From positions 864,001 to 928,000 of the forward strand of contig CAWGJO010000020.1 in the NCBI GenBank assembly GCA_963822945.1: a stretch of DNA of 64,000 bases, in the 5' to 3' direction. A program made the translations under genes and the position numbers. Numbering within the stretch: the first letter of the stretch is position 1; every line of letters begins with the position of its first letter. The DNA comes from an uncultured Gemmatimonadaceae bacterium (GTDB taxonomy: Bacteria > Gemmatimonadota > Gemmatimonadetes > Gemmatimonadales > Gemmatimonadaceae). The notes beneath the pieces are model-generated. The model saw only the letters and a list, made by a program, of their open reading frames with translations, was not told the origin of the DNA and searched no databases. Below, piece by piece: positions 32,175 to 43,720 of this stretch.

Positions 32175-33332
32175 GCCGATCGATTTGCGTGGTCACCGGA
32201 ACTCGGGCGGAATACGGCCTCCTCCGATGGGTCATGGAAGGAATCCGGGCGCGACCGCATCTCCGGCTGCAAGTTGTGGCGACTGGTATGCACCTGTCGC
32301 CTGAATTCGGCCTTACATACCGGGAGATAGTCCAGGACGGGTTCAGGATCGACCGGAAGGTGGAAATGTTACTGAGTTCGGATACCGCAGTTGGCGTGAC
32401 GAAGTCGATGGGGCTCGGCCTCTTGGGGTTCGCGGATGTCTTCGACGACTTGCAACCGGATGTCGTCGTTCTTGGGCGATCGTTTTGAGGCGTTGTCGGC
32501 CGCGGCCGCTGCGATGATCGCACGAATTCCGATCGCACACATCATGGAGGCGAAGTTACGGAGGGAGCGATCGACGACGCGATCCGGCATTCGATTACGA
32601 AGATGTCGCAGTATCACTTTGTTGCAGCTGAGGAATATCAACGGCGCGTGATCCAACTTGGAGAGGATCCGGGGCGGGTCTTCTCAGTCGGCAGCCTGGG
32701 TGTCGACAGCACAAAGAAGCTGCCGTTGCTTGATCGCACTGCGCTGGAAACTGCTCTCGGATGCGAGTTGGCTGAGCGCAACTTGTTGATCACCTTCCAC
32801 CCCGTAACCATCGAAGACGGCATATCGGACGAGCAAATGGCAGAGCTGTTGGCGGCTTTGGCCGCGCTTCGCACGACTCGACTGATCTTCACCATGCCGA
32901 ACGCCGACGCTGACGGGCGATCCTTGGCGGCACAGGTGCGGGAATTCGTAGCCGAGCACGACAATGCGCGGGCATATACTTCGCTTGGCCAGCTCCGGTA
33001 CCTATCCTGTATGCAGTTCGTCGACGGCGTGGTCGGCAATTCGTCGAGTGGCATTATCGAGGCGCCTAGTCTCAAAGCGGGCACAGTCAACATCGGCGAC
33101 CGGCAAAGTGGGCGCGTAGAGAGCGCGCAGCGTGATTGACTGCGACCCGAGACGAGATTCGATTCGTGAGGCGATCGACCGGCTCTACACTGTGGATTAT
33201 CGAGAGAGTCTTCGCGGCATGAGCAATCCATATGGCAACGGTGGTGCGGGAGAGGCAATCGTTGAACTGCTGGCTACAGTGAAGCTCAGTGGCAGCGTCA
33301 AGAAGCGCTTCCACGACATCCCTTCCGTGTAA
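32171..33332 (+). CDS. neuC: Hydrolysing NDP-sugar 2-epimerase, NeuC/LegG-like (frameshifts)
   Basis: VVTGTRAEYGLL, TGMHLSPEFG, LGDRFE, TFHPVT, VGNSSSGIIEAPS, NIGDRQ, NPYGNG. Confidence 0.92.
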
Positions 33333-33399
33333 ATCGCAGCAATTCCGCTTGCACCGCCAACGTATTGTAGCCATTGCCCACCGGGCAGGGTGATCACGC

Positions 33400-34479
33400 A
33401 TGAGCGACTTTACGACAAGTCGGCGTCGGGTCCAACCGAACTGGCGTGACGCGCAGTTGGTCGGTGGGGCCACCATCCAGGATGCGATCCAGAGCTTGGA
33501 TCGGTCGACACTGCAGATTGTGTTGGTGACCGACGCGGACGGTGTGCTGTTGGGAACCGTGACAGACGGGGATATTCGGCGCGGGCTGCTGCGCGGATTG
33601 GGGATGGGCAGTCCGATTGAGGCGGTCATGAACCGCTCGCCGCTGGTCGTACCTCCGCAAGTCGGCCGTGAGGCGATCACTCAGCTGATGGAGGTCAACC
33701 GGATCCGACAACTCCCTGTTGTGGACGATGCTCGGCGCATGGTTGGCCTTCACACGTGGGACGCAATTCCCACAATCGCCCGGCGCGACGAGGAGATGGT
33801 GATTATGGCGGGGGGAAAGGGAACCCGCCTGCGGCCACATACGGAGAACTGTCCCAAGCCCCTGCTTCGCGTCGGCGGCAAACCAATGCTTGAGCACATC
33901 ATTGAGCGCGCGAAAGGTGGCGGCTTTTACCGGTTCATCATTGCTGTGCAGTACCTGGGGCACATGATCGAAGAGTACTTCGGAGATGGTAGCAAGTGGA
34001 ACGTTGATATTCGGTATCTACGAGAGCCAACGCCACTCGGGACCGCCGGGGCGCTTGCACTACTCGACCCTCGGCCGATCTTACCGTTCCTGGTGACGAA
34101 CGGGGACGTACTGACCGACATTCGGTATGAAGATCTGCTTGCGTTTCACGTGCGGCACGGAGCTGCCGGAACCATGGCCGTGCAACTCCATGAATGGCAA
34201 CAGCCATTCGGTGTTGTGCACATTGACGGGGTGGACATCGTCAGTTTCGAGGAGAAGCCAATTTCCCGAAGCCACATCAACGCCGGGATCTACGCGCTAA
34301 ACCCCAGCGCCCTCGACGCATTGATCGATGGCGAACCGTGCGATATGCCAACGCTATTTACTCGATTGCAGGAAGCTAAGGCTCGCACAATCGTCTATCC
34401 TATTCATGAACCTTGGCTTGACGTCGGACGCGACGACGATCTCAAGCGTGCACGAGCGCTAACAGATCACGCCGGCTAA
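33400..34479 (+). CDS. CBS-domain nucleotidyltransferase (PtmE-like, associated with legionaminic acid pathways)
   Basis: GTVTDGDIRRGLL CBS pair, then IMAGGKGTRLRPHTENCPKPLL, PLGTAGAL, NGDVLT, WLDVG. Confidence 0.9.
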   Translation: MSDFTTSRRRVQPNWRDAQLVGGATIQDAIQSLDRSTLQIVLVTDADGVLLGTVTDGDIRRGLLRGLGMGSPIEAVMNRSPLVVPPQVGREAITQLMEVNRIRQLPVVDDARRMVGLHTWDAIPTIARRDEEMVIMAGGKGTRLRPHTENCPKPLLRVGGKPMLEHIIERAKGGGFYRFIIAVQYLGHMIEEYFGDGSKWNVDIRYLREPTPLGTAGALALLDPRPILPFLVTNGDVLTDIRYEDLLAFHVRHGAAGTMAVQLHEWQQPFGVVHIDGVDIVSFEEKPISRSHINAGIYALNPSALDALIDGEPCDMPTLFTRLQEAKARTIVYPIHEPWLDVGRDDDLKRARALTDHAG

Positions 34480-34851
34480 TCACGCTGACCTATCTTGGCG
34501 GGCTTGACCACAGCAGGACGATCGTGCACGCATCTAGCTGCCAGGAAGCGCAGTCGAGAGGACACCACTGGTGACGGCGGCCGGTTCCGGTCGGAAGGAC
34601 TGGAAGTGCACAACGCTCGGGTCGGCGGCCGACGCGACTTGGACTCCGCTCTTCCCTCTTTCATGGCGCGATCAATCTGGGGAGCTGGAGAGAGTGGAGG
34701 CGGGCCAATCGAACGCCGATGCTTTCGTGCTTAGACTTCGGCCGAGAATTCCTGAGGCATGTCTCGGGACTTGTCTGATGAGACCGGTCTCGGTCGCCAC
34801 TAGAATCGTTCAGAAGCGGCCCTCCGTGCCCACAAGATCAAAGCACAACCG

Positions 34852-36153
34852 GTGCAATCAGTGACGCTTGAAGAACGTCGAGTACTGCCCAGAGTGCGAC
34901 AAGCATTCGGATCACTCGGCCGGGATGCAGCGATCTATACGGCTGGTAACGCGCTCAGCGCAGCCGTCCCAGTTCTCCTGCTGCCGATCTTGACCAGGCG
35001 TTTGACGGTTGATGCGTATGGCATTCTCGGCATGTTCGACCTCGTGGTCGGCCTGGTTCTCCCGATCGTCGGGCTCAATCTGCAGGGCGCAATTGCCCGG
35101 CAGTATTATGAGCGCGATTCAATCGACTTCCCAGCCTACGTCGGCACCTGCCTCATCATAAGTGCTGGGATGCTCTTGGTTGGCGGGGTCGGACTTGCGG
35201 GGCTGCACTCTACGATCACCGAGTACACTGGCATACCAGGGCCGTGGATCAGCTGGGTATTGGTCGCAGCGTTTGGTCAGTTTCTGGTCCAAGCCAGCCT
35301 GACCATCTGGCAGGTCCGCGAGCAGCCGGTGCGCTTCGGCGCATTTCGAGTATCCCAAACCGCGATCAACATCACGCTGTCTTTGGTGCTGGTTCTTGTC
35401 TTGGACTTGAGTTGGCGCGGTCGCGTCCTGGGGCAGAGTATTTCGTTCAGTCTATTTGGGATTGCCGGAATCGTCGGCATGTGGCGCGCCGGTTGGATAC
35501 GATTCGACTGGGTCTCAGCGTACGCCCGGAATGCCATGCGCTTCGGCCTTCCATTAATACCGCACACGATCGGATTTTGGGCGATCATGATGGTAGATCG
35601 GCTGTTCGTCAGCGTGATGCTCGGCCCAGCGGATGTGGGCCGTTACACAGCGGCGTATCAAATCGGGATGGGAGTGAGCCTGCTTCAGACATCATTCAAT
35701 CAGGCGTGGACTCCATGGCTATACGGACGGCTCAAGGAGGGCACGACTGCGAGTCGACGCATGATCGTTCGGTTTACCTATGGATACTACGGAGCGATGT
35801 TGCTCCTCGCCGCTCTGCTCGCGATTGCTGCTCCCATGATCGGTCGCGTGGTACTTGGTAGCGCCTTTCAGCAGAGCATCGGCATCATTGGGTGGATTGG
35901 GCTTGGGTACGCATTCAACGGCATGTACAAGATGGTCACGAATTACATCTTCTATGCGGAGAAGACGTACGTGCTCGCTTGGGTCACATTGGGTACGGCG
36001 ATCGTTGGTGCAGGCTTGAACTACGTATTGATCAAAGCCAACGGATTGACCGGGGCAGCTCAAGCCTCATGCGCGACGTTCTTCTTGAGCTTTCTAGCCA
36101 CTTGGGTACTTGCACACCGTGTGTTTCCCATGCCGTGGCGCCTCCAGCCGTGA
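34852..36153 (+). CDS. Wzx-type oligosaccharide flippase
   Basis: AVPVLLLPILTRRL..YG, FGLPLIPH, DRLFV, VGRYTAAYQ, with about 12 hydrophobic segments. Confidence 0.88.
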   Translation: MQSVTLEERRVLPRVRQAFGSLGRDAAIYTAGNALSAAVPVLLLPILTRRLTVDAYGILGMFDLVVGLVLPIVGLNLQGAIARQYYERDSIDFPAYVGTCLIISAGMLLVGGVGLAGLHSTITEYTGIPGPWISWVLVAAFGQFLVQASLTIWQVREQPVRFGAFRVSQTAINITLSLVLVLVLDLSWRGRVLGQSISFSLFGIAGIVGMWRAGWIRFDWVSAYARNAMRFGLPLIPHTIGFWAIMMVDRLFVSVMLGPADVGRYTAAYQIGMGVSLLQTSFNQAWTPWLYGRLKEGTTASRRMIVRFTYGYYGAMLLLAALLAIAAPMIGRVVLGSAFQQSIGIIGWIGLGYAFNGMYKMVTNYIFYAEKTYVLAWVTLGTAIVGAGLNYVLIKANGLTGAAQASCATFFLSFLATWVLAHRVFPMPWRLQP

Positions 36154-37272
36154 CGCCACCGATTACACTGCCTCCCTCTGAGAAGGCAAGAGCGACGGTC
36201 CATTCGCTGGACTTCTGGATCGGAGTGCTGATCGCACTTCCCATTGTCTATCCGGTGCAGCCTGTCGTTCCGTTTGCCATCGCAGCCTATGCCCTCCTGC
36301 TGGTCCGAATGAACCCATCTCGCGGCCAGGTGCTAGGTGTGCTCTTGCTCGCGGGCCTGGGGATCTTGAGTTCGCTGTTGAGCCCCTATGCGGTAGAGAT
36401 CGGGCTTCCGCGGAGCCATGTACACAGCCCTGGGCTATTCGATGTACCTGTGCGGCACCGGGGTGCGCGATAGGTGGCAGCTTGGTCTTGGCTACACATG
36501 GATCATGCGCGCATTCGCTGTCGTCACGGTTGTCGCCTTCTTTTTGCTCGGCGTCTATCACGCTGGGTGGCGTCTGTACCAAGAGGGGCCGGTTCGGGGC
36601 TGGGCGATGGGGTTCTTGCCGGGCTGGCCGAACTACTTTGCGTTTTTCCTCGGCGTCGCCCTCTTGATGGAGGCGTTTTGGTGGAAGCAAGCCTTCTGGA
36701 CTCTGGTCCTTATCGTAGCCATTGGTATGACAGGATCACGGACCGGACTGCTCGCGGTTGGTATCTGCGGCCTTGGCCTCGCAGCCAATGGGTTGCGGAG
36801 TCGACGTGCGCGCTGGCCCCTGGTAATTGCGCTAGCCGTGGCGGGCGGGCTGATACTAGAACGGGTTGGTGGACTCGTACTCTTTGCGGCCCAACATCAC
36901 CAACTGGTGACTCGTTTAGCACGCGCAAACGATCGCATGGCCATATACCGGTATGCGTGGGGGATCTTTTCCACCCATCCCACAATTGGCATCGGCGACA
37001 TCGTTCTGAACCAGGACTTCGGCGCCCCGGGGAGCGCCTTCCATAATTCATATCTTGAGATGCTGGTTCGCGAGGGCGTACTAGGGTTCAGTATGTGGCT
37101 GTTTCTGCTCTTTCCACGGAGTCGGTGGCCAACGATGAATCGGCGTTGGGCGTTCCTGGCACTCTTTCTGATTGCGGCACTCTTCAATGATATCTTTCGC
37201 AATCCGCACTCGATCTTGTTGTATGCCGTGCTCTTTCTTGGCAGTCCTGAGAGTGCGCTCCCTGAAAGCTAG
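36150..37272 (+). CDS. O-antigen ligase / Wzy-family membrane protein (frameshift near 36415)
   Basis: TGSRTGLL, R-x-x-I-Y loop, GIG, FHNSYLEMLVREGVLG. GTGA coupling with the flippase. Confidence 0.82.
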
Positions 37273-37292
37273 GCCGACGAGATCGTGCAAAT

Positions 37293-38749
37293 ATGAGTCT
37301 CTACGTCATTCTTGAAGATGGAAGAAGGAGCCCAGACGCCGGCTTGGACGGCCTTTCCGTTCGACATCTTTGTCAGCGAAGCCCATCGACAATATCCGAG
37401 CGCCTTGCGGAACTCGACCATGAAGGCTCCGATCGCGCCAGCTTGGCAAATTTATACTTTGCGAAGAGTTGGCGGGCGCGCGAGCTCACGATTCTGTGGT
37501 GGATGTGCGAGCGCCGGTCGGCGGAACTAGTGTCCATCATCTGCGCGTACACGCAACCGATACTTGAGCACCTACTGGGACGTGCGCTCCCGCCGAACGT
37601 TGTCGTGGTAACGCGAGGCAGGGAAACGCCCGATGTAACGCTCGGCCAGGTCGGGACCGTGATATTGAAGGCGCTATTGCACCGCTCTTATCGGCTAATC
37701 GGATATCGAGGCGGGCGGCTGAAGAGGAGATCTGCGATCCGCGCATACGGCGAGATTTCCTCCCGGCTATACAGCGTTGAGCAAGAGTCGGCATGCCTGT
37801 TGATCTACCCGGTCGCGTATGGATGGGAGGCGCACCGGCGATATGTCCGACAAATGCTCCGCATCCATCCCGCCGCGATCCGGCCGGTCTTCCGTACAGT
37901 TTCAGGGCGCTTGCGCGCGCTCTTCTCGCGGTCCCTCACCAACGAGGCAGATGCTGGCGCGAGCCGAGGTCACCGCGGGGACCGAACATGCGACCAGAGC
38001 TGAGGGGCTCCGGGGTCGAAACGCTATACGCAGCTGATGAATTCAAAGTATCAGCGTTTCGTTGCATTCAGCGTTTCAGAGAGCCGGCGGGCGATCCGTG
38101 AACACGGCTCACGGAATTGGCGTATATGCTGCGCAAACGTGCTACGCGGAGTTCAGGGTCATGACGACGGCTCAGCAACGGCATTACGGCTCGAGTCATC
38201 CGGAAACCAGATTCATTTTCAGCCCGATCACGGCAAGACGTCCCACCCCGCCTGGCGACGGACGGTTTGATCCCGGCGTGGTTCTGATCGACCAGTATAC
38301 GTCCTTTCGCGAATACCCATATGAGTCTCGCGCTCAAGCCATGCTACCTACAACTCCTAGTGAAGTCTGCGGATGCGTCAGGGCTTTCAGTAGCTATCAA
38401 AGCGCATCCGACGGTGAGTCGAAAGTTAGGACGTCGGATGGCGCAATCGACTGGAGTACCGGTCTTTCACTCATGGGAGGACTTACCCTTCCGCAACCCA
38501 ATCCTGGTAGGCATAAAGTCCACCGTGCTGCTCGAATGCATGGGGCTTTGGCCGACGCTTGCGTATGATGACGGTCTACTGATGCCGGAGCAGTACTTCG
38601 GCGACGCAGTCGTCCGGTTCACGCCAGACAGCCTAACCGCGATCCTGCGGCGACTAGCAGTGCAGACGGGATGGGAACAGGAGGTCAGAGACCAGGAAGC
38701 GATGCTTCGTCGGAACACAAAGCGCGACGTGGAGATGGCCAGCCGATAA
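37293..38749 (+). CDS. Hypothetical protein, candidate GT-B nonulosonate transferase (several frameshifts)
   Basis: Pieces ORF 37293, 38062 and 38321 carry NTAHG, IKAHP and KSTVLLE motifs. It follows the nonulosonate pathway, wzx and wzy. Confidence 0.5.
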
Positions 38750-38887
38750 TGGCGGTTGGCTGGATGAAGCCCGGCCGTTCAGGTGAACCGGATCAAGACA
38801 GCGCGGGGCTCCGGACGGCGAAGATCGGGAAAACCGACACCGCTTCATCATGGTGCGCGTTGCTCAAGAGGCGCGAATCCGGGATCG

Positions 38888-39947
38888 CTATGTGTCCCGG
38901 TGCGTGGGTATGGAAAGTTGAGCACGAGTCTCAGCGATGGCTGTGAACAGATCATGAATTGGATCTCCCGGTGACGCGTCGGCCCGGGCAAGCGCTAGCA
39001 GTACCCACGTCATCGAAAGAATCGTTCCCAGCAAACCACCCAATACAAGTTTGAGCAAGAGTCGACGTGCCTCGGGCAAGTTCGGGGCATTCCCTGGCGC
39101 GATAATGGTGATCTGTGGTGTAGCGCGGGCTTCCTCAAGTCTTGCTTGCTCGTATGCTTGGCGAAGGCCGGTGACGACCTGCTGGCGCATTTGCACCTCG
39201 CGCTGCAGGCGATCCAATTGCAGTTGAAGGAGCGACGGACTGTTGAACTGTCTGTTTCGCAGCATGAACGCCTCGGCAGAGTCTTCAGCGGTAGCTAAGG
39301 CCGCTTCGCTCTCCTTCAGGCGGCCTTCGGCGAACCGGCGCTCTGCTCCTGCCTGGCTCTGGCGGGTCCTGGTGTCAAACTCCTGAACGAGAACTAGCAC
39401 ACGTTGAGCGATGGAAGCTGATAGAGTGGCCACTGCGTGGTGACGTGAATCGTGACGATGCCTGTTTGATCATCGGCTGACACATCCAGGAGCTTCAGCA
39501 ACAGTCTCGCAGCAAGTGCGCGCTCTGCCCCGGGGGTCTGAGCGTGCACGTTGTAGACGCGCGCAAGGTCTCCCGTTACCGATGTATCGGTACCAAAGCC
39601 GAACAGCCTCGACGACTTCCTTACTTGATAGGACCCCGCGACGAGGGAATCGATAATTGGCTGCGATCTTATCAGAGAAACGTAGAACTCTGGCGACTCC
39701 TCGGGCGAACTTCCTGGTAGGGTTAGCGAGAACTGGGAGGCCAGCGCGCTGAGGGAGCTGGGCAATCCGTTTTGGGAAGTGGGAATGAAGCGGCTGTCGT
39801 CTTCCACATGCGCGGTGCAACCAGCGCCACGACAACCCCAATCACCGATCCCAGCGCAAAGCCGCAAACGACTAGCCAGCGCTGTCGGAGTAGCGCTGTC
39901 ATAAAGCGAACGAGTGTCAGCGGACGGGACGTATGTGCGACGTTCAT
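38888..39947 (-). CDS. Wzz/GumC-type chain-length determinant (frameshifts)
   Basis: N-terminal TM after LLRQRWLVV, SSLSALASQF, SPEFYVSLIRS, coiled coil ending YEQARLEEAR, proline-rich segment and a C-terminal TM. Confidence 0.8.
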
Positions 39948-40100
39948 TGGGTCGGATTGCCGTAACAGGTCAAGTACCACGGGCTTCGAAAGCTAGCGAC
40001 GCGAGAGCAGCTGAGCGAACTCAAACTGGTCCGCTCCGTTTCACGTTGCTAGACGTTCTTCGGAGTCGTCGCGAGAGTCCAAAACGTGGGTATACGGCGA

Positions 40101-40113
40101 CTTGACAGTCAAG
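40101..40113. promoter_or_regulatory. Interrupted palindrome CTTGAC-A-GTCAAG in a divergent intergenic region
   Basis: Perfect 6-bp inverted repeat containing TTGACA, flanked by GGGTATACG at 40088 and 40168. Function not demonstrated. Confidence 0.3.
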
Positions 40114-40315
40114 TGGGGGCTTGACGGTGAGCAATGCGGGCACCGCACCAATGCGCCGGACCACGGCGGGTATACGTCGGCCGGATGGATAGGGCAGGCC
40201 CCGTACTTTGAGGGCAGTCGGACCGTCGGTTGGGCGGTCAGGCCTTAGCCCGATCCTAGCCGGTTCCCCGCTAGAGGCGATTGCCGAAGGCGCATAGCTT
40301 CCAGTATCCGTTCAG

Positions 40316-41641
40316 ATGAGGTTTCAGGTGTCCATTAGTCGCCGGGATTTCATTGTTGCGGCCTCCGCGTCCGGTCTCGCGGGAGTCACTCTGCCAGGCA
40401 GTATTCGAGCCGTACCACCCGGTAGGCCGGGAGTCTTCGAGGTCAATGGATTTGGAGGAAAGGGCGACGGGATTGCTGACGACACGGCAGCTATGCAAGC
40501 CGCGATCGATGCAGCGGACAAAGCGGGCGGTGGCGTCGTCTTACTCGAACCGGGCAGTACCTATCTTGTAACGCAGGAGGTACAACTTCGCGCTGACCGT
40601 GCAACGTTTGTTGCGTCCAATGCTCAGGTCGTTGGTCCAGAGGGCGGGACGCGTGCCGGGGACCTGCTTTGCATCGTGGACCGGCGCGCGCCGTCGCGCA
40701 CGAATTCTTGGCGCCTCGGTACGTGGTGGGATGTGGCACCCAAGAGCGGGAACGGATAATGCGATCGGGGTTGTATCGGCCCGGGACTGCAGCATCTCGG
40801 GTTGTACCATCGATCTCTCCACAGGGCAGCGCGGGATTGTGGTCGAATCGCGATTCGGGGCCTCAGGCCAGCAGGTTTCGAGTCTCAACTTATCCGGCAT
40901 CCACACGTTCGGTGGGGGCAAGCATGGCATCTTCGTGCTCGCGCAGGGCCAGGAAGGAGGTGTGGAGCAGATCAGCCTACATGAGATCAGAATCGACGAT
41001 GCGGAGGTTGGGCTATGGGTGGGATCTCGATTCCGACAACCGGTCCGCAGCCAGCGTGACGGGTCCGGCATTTCGATCTACGGATCCAGCAAGGGGGCTC
41101 TAGTCCTGCTGCGGGTCAAGATAGTATGTTCACTGATCTCCAGATTCAGACGAATCACGGGCCAGGTCTCCAAGCGCGTCAGCTCGCCCGCGTCTCAATT
41201 CGAGGTGTGCTCCTCACGTGCATCCGGCCTGCTTCGGGCAATGAACCCAATCCCAGCCAAGCCGTCACATTGGTCAGCGGTACCGGACAAAATGGAAGCA
41301 CACTGCTGGTCGACATGACCATTAGTGGCCCCTGGGGTTCCGCATTGAGCCTGCGGCAAGACAACACCATTGTCGACGGCATGATCATCGACGGCGCCAC
41401 CGTCGGAGTGGATGGGGGACCCAATCCACCATCTTCGGCCGATTGCTCGTGCGCAACTGCTCGTTGCCCGTTCGCCAGACCTAGAGTCCAGGTGAGGTTT
41501 GGGAGGTTCGGCCACTGGTCGAACTCGGCGGTCAGCTCCATTACATTAACGTTCGGTCCTCGTCGGGCCTGCCAAACGAACCGCCGCTTTGAGATGGCGC
41601 CGGCGTCCGGCGCGCAATCACCATTGGCCACGAAGAACTGA
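40316..41641 (+). CDS. Tat-exported pectate-lyase-like beta-helix protein (frameshifts; 3' end uncertain)
   Basis: SRRDFI Tat motif and FEVNGFGGKGDGIADDTAAMQAAIDAA..GGGVVLLEPG.TYLV, the typical Pectate_lyase_3/GH28 N-terminus. Confidence 0.75.
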
Positions 41642-41652
41642 CAGGGGGCTTG

Positions 41653-43696
41653 ATGTGTGGAGTTGCCGGGTGGTTCGGCCCGCTTGGTGCCGCACCACGA
41701 ACAGACCTCGTGGGCGCAATTCTGGAGGAGCAGGTACGGCGGGGCCCGGATCACCAGGCCACGAAGACCGTCCATTCGCCGGTGTCGCAGGCAACGTTCG
41801 GGGCACAACCGACTCGCCGTCATCGATCTGAGTCAGGCCGCCAATCAGCCGATGACGCGAAGCGGTTCGGATCTCTGGGTAACATACAACAGGGAGATCT
41901 ACAATTATGTGGAGCTCCGGTCCGAGCTTGAGTCCGACGACCTGCGATTTTCGACCAGCTCGGATACGGAGGTGCTGCTAGCGGCATGGCAGCGGTACGG
42001 TCCAGGAGCACCGACGCACTTCAACGGAATGTTCGCATTCGGTCTGTTCGACGGCGCGACCGGATCTGTGGTTGGTGCGCGATCGCTTTGGAGTCAAACC
42101 ACTCTACTACGGTATTGAGAAGGATTGCCTCGTCTTCGCGTCGAGCCCCGGGGCAGTCGCGCGCCGTCTCGGCCGCCTACCGAACTTGGACTACGCAACT
42201 CGCGGAAGTTCAATCGGCATCTATGAAGATGACAGCGATATTTCAGCGTACGATGGGGTGCGTGCCGTCCTTCCCGGCACTCGGGTACGCGTACGGGTGG
42301 TAGATGGGCCGTTGAAACCAAGGACAGAACGCTACTACCACCTCGAAGATCGGGTGGCTCGTCTGCGTGAAGCGCTGGCTTCCGAGTCCATCGCCAACCT
42401 GACGGAGCGCACAAGAGATCTGTGTCAGAGCGCAACCCATCTACGACTCAGGTCAGACGTCCCAGTCGGGCTTTCGCTCAGCGGAGGTATCGACTCGTCG
42501 TCTGTAGCCGCTATAGCGGTCGCGGAGGCCAAGCTCATCGGGTTCTCGTTTAGCCCCCGGAAGAGTCACAGAGCGAAGGGCCATTCGTGGCACAACTCGC
42601 CGAACGTCTGGGTGTCCGGGTTTGCTATGTCCCCAGCGATTCCGAACGTGTGCTCGCCGACGTTTTCGATGCCGCGTTCGCCGCGCAGGACGCGCCGTTC
42701 CCCGGCTGCAGCATCCTCGCGCAATACTCTGTGTGTCAGCGCGCGCGGTCCGAAGGTGTGAAGGTTCTGCTGGGTGGGCAAGGTGGGGACGAAGCGTTCA
42801 TGGGCTACCACAAATTCAAGATATTCAGGGCGTCTGAACTCGCCCGGCGAGGAAACATCATCGCCGCAACAGGATTGGGACTTGCCAGTCTCCGGTCTCT
42901 CACGGCGTCTGGATTCGGCATCGGCGCCGTTCGCCACCAAATCGCTCGCTACCGCGCCACACAGCCGACGGACAATCTGCTCGCCAGGCTGGCCAGCGGT
43001 GGCTCGCTTCCGCAACTGAGCCGTGGCCGCCATGAGCCACTGTGGCAACATCAGTTACGGGATGTAACCGCACTGAGCCTTCCGACATTGCTGCGATATG
43101 AAGATCGAAACAGCATGGGATGCAGTGTCGAGAGTCGATTGCCATTCGTCGATTACCGTGTCGTCGAATTCGGACTCGCGCTTCCTGAGGAAGTGAAGCT
43201 TCGCCAGGGGTATGGCAAATGGATTGTCAGAGAAGCGATGAAGGGGCGTATTCCTGACAGCATCAGGACCGCGAGATGGAAGCGTGGATTCGACGCGAAT
43301 CATGGGTATGCGATCGCCAGCGGGCTCGGCAACATGCTTCGGAGTCGTTTACTGGAAGCCGAGGGAGAGCTTACCCGATTGATAGACGTCCCATTGAATG
43401 TGAACAGCCGATACTCCGATGATCGTCTAATCGAGGATCGATCGGCATTCGGCGAGGCTGTGGCTCTCATCTGGCTTGGGCAACGACTTGGCGGGCATCG
43501 GACCCAGCGCTTTCCCGGCCTGATCACACCTCACTCACAACCGTTGATCGGCACGAGGACGCCACTGGACAGCGCCAGTGCGTTCGATACGTCTTCAATC
43601 GGAACGAGATCGATCGGTAGTAGCCCCGTCCGATCCATTTACCAGGAAGGAGACCTACGTGTTCATGCAACTCGCACAGGCTTCGATCGCTCATGA
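41653..43696 (+). CDS. AsnB-family glutamine amidotransferase (polysaccharide amidation; frameshifts)
   Basis: MCGVAG, RRGPD, HNRLAVIDL..ANQPM, RDRFGVKPLYY, SLSGGIDSS, GQGGDE, LLRYEDRNSM..VESRLPF. Confidence 0.92.
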
Positions 43697-43720
43697 CTCC
43701 CAGTTCACGAGACCGCCGCG

